A stretch of DNA of 64,000 nt. Origin: Malacoraja senta. Lineage: Eukaryota. Positions 63,163 to 64,000 of this stretch are shown here, piece by piece (position 1 is the stretch's first letter; every line of letters begins with the position of its first letter). The translations under genes and the position numbers were made by a program. Under the pieces are notes generated by a model. The model was not told the DNA's origin. It searched no databases and worked only from the letters and a program-made list of their open reading frames with translations. The stretch spans positions 5,890,001-5,954,000 of the forward strand of contig CM075989.1 in assembly GCA_038087875.1 (NCBI GenBank), given 5' to 3'.

Positions 63163-63574
63163 TACTGATGCCGAGACTGGTGAAGACCTGCCTGTGGGGC
63201 TGGTGAAAACAGTGAATGTGAGTGTCCAAAAAATAGTTGGAGAAACACTAGACAGAGAATATCCTACAGGGCTTTGAAGACACAACAAGGGAAATGGCAC
63301 CCTATTGCCAGCAGGGATCTGATGGGCTGAGTGACCATGTGCTGTCCCATAGGGTTCTATAATACCCCTCTAGTTGCCCCTTCCTTTTACTCCGTCTAAC
63401 CAACTGTTGGATTGCTAGAACTAGGTCACTGCACAAAATAATATTTCTTCACCGATCATTTTGTCCTGGCTTTGCCATTGAAACCAGGCAATGTAATTCC
63501 ACTTCCCTGAAGTAATCAGCTGTAAAAATATTCCCCAACTTTGTGGTAAGAAAGAGGGAAGCAGTCCATATGGA

Positions 63575-63915
63575 ACGTAGAACAGTGCAGCACAGAGTCA
63601 GGCCCTTTGGCCCACAATGTTTGTGCCGAACATGATGCCAGGAATAAACTAATCCCATCTGCCTGCACAAGATCAGTATCCCTCCATTCCCTGCATATCC
63701 ATGTGCCTACCTAAAACCCTCTCAATCGCCACTATTGTATCTTCCCCCAGCATCAACCTTGGCAATGCGTTCCAGGCACCCACCACCCTCTGTGTAAAAA
63801 AACCTGCTCCGCACATCGCCTTTAAACTCTGCTCCTCTCTTAAAGTTCTGCCCTCTAGACTTTGACATTCTTACCCCTTGGAAGAAGCTTCTGACTGTCT
63901 ACTATATACTTCTAT
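63575..63915 (-). mobile_element. CR1-clade 3' end
   Basis: Reverse FFTQRVVGAWNALP motif and UTR. Confidence 0.85.
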
Positions 63916-64000
63916 CAGGTGTCTCCTCATGAGTACCTGAGAGGGATGTACCACCACACCTGGCAGTGCACTCTAGGCGATCACCATCCTCAAACGTAAG

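Overview
Repeat-dense eukaryotic genomic DNA, most likely a cartilaginous fish (skate/ray), inferred from about 30 copies of an HE1-like tRNA-derived V-SINE that share their 3' tail with CR1/HER1-type LINE fragments. No host gene can be named; only a few weak exon candidates exist. The main structured elements are: (1) two DIRS1-like tyrosine-recombinase retrotransposons (15376-20145 +, complete but decayed; 48863-51922 -, internally deleted), each with short inverted termini, an internal copy of the circle junction and an ATT integration core; (2) a young 5'-truncated Penelope-like element (GIY-YIG, 18-bp TSD) plus many short fold-back derivatives carrying a hammerhead-ribozyme-like core; (3) nine PIF/Harbinger-type MITEs sharing one TIR; (4) a non-autonomous Helitron with minisatellites; (5) a hAT transposase relic and a TIR element with a 7-bp TSD; (6) CR1, Rex1/Babar and L1/Tx1 fragments; (7) a 1.9-kb CA-rich array; (8) two 200-N assembly gaps. 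Most ORFs in the supplied track are spurious repeat-derived frames. Repeat boundaries were read by eye and are approximate unless termini or TSDs are quoted.
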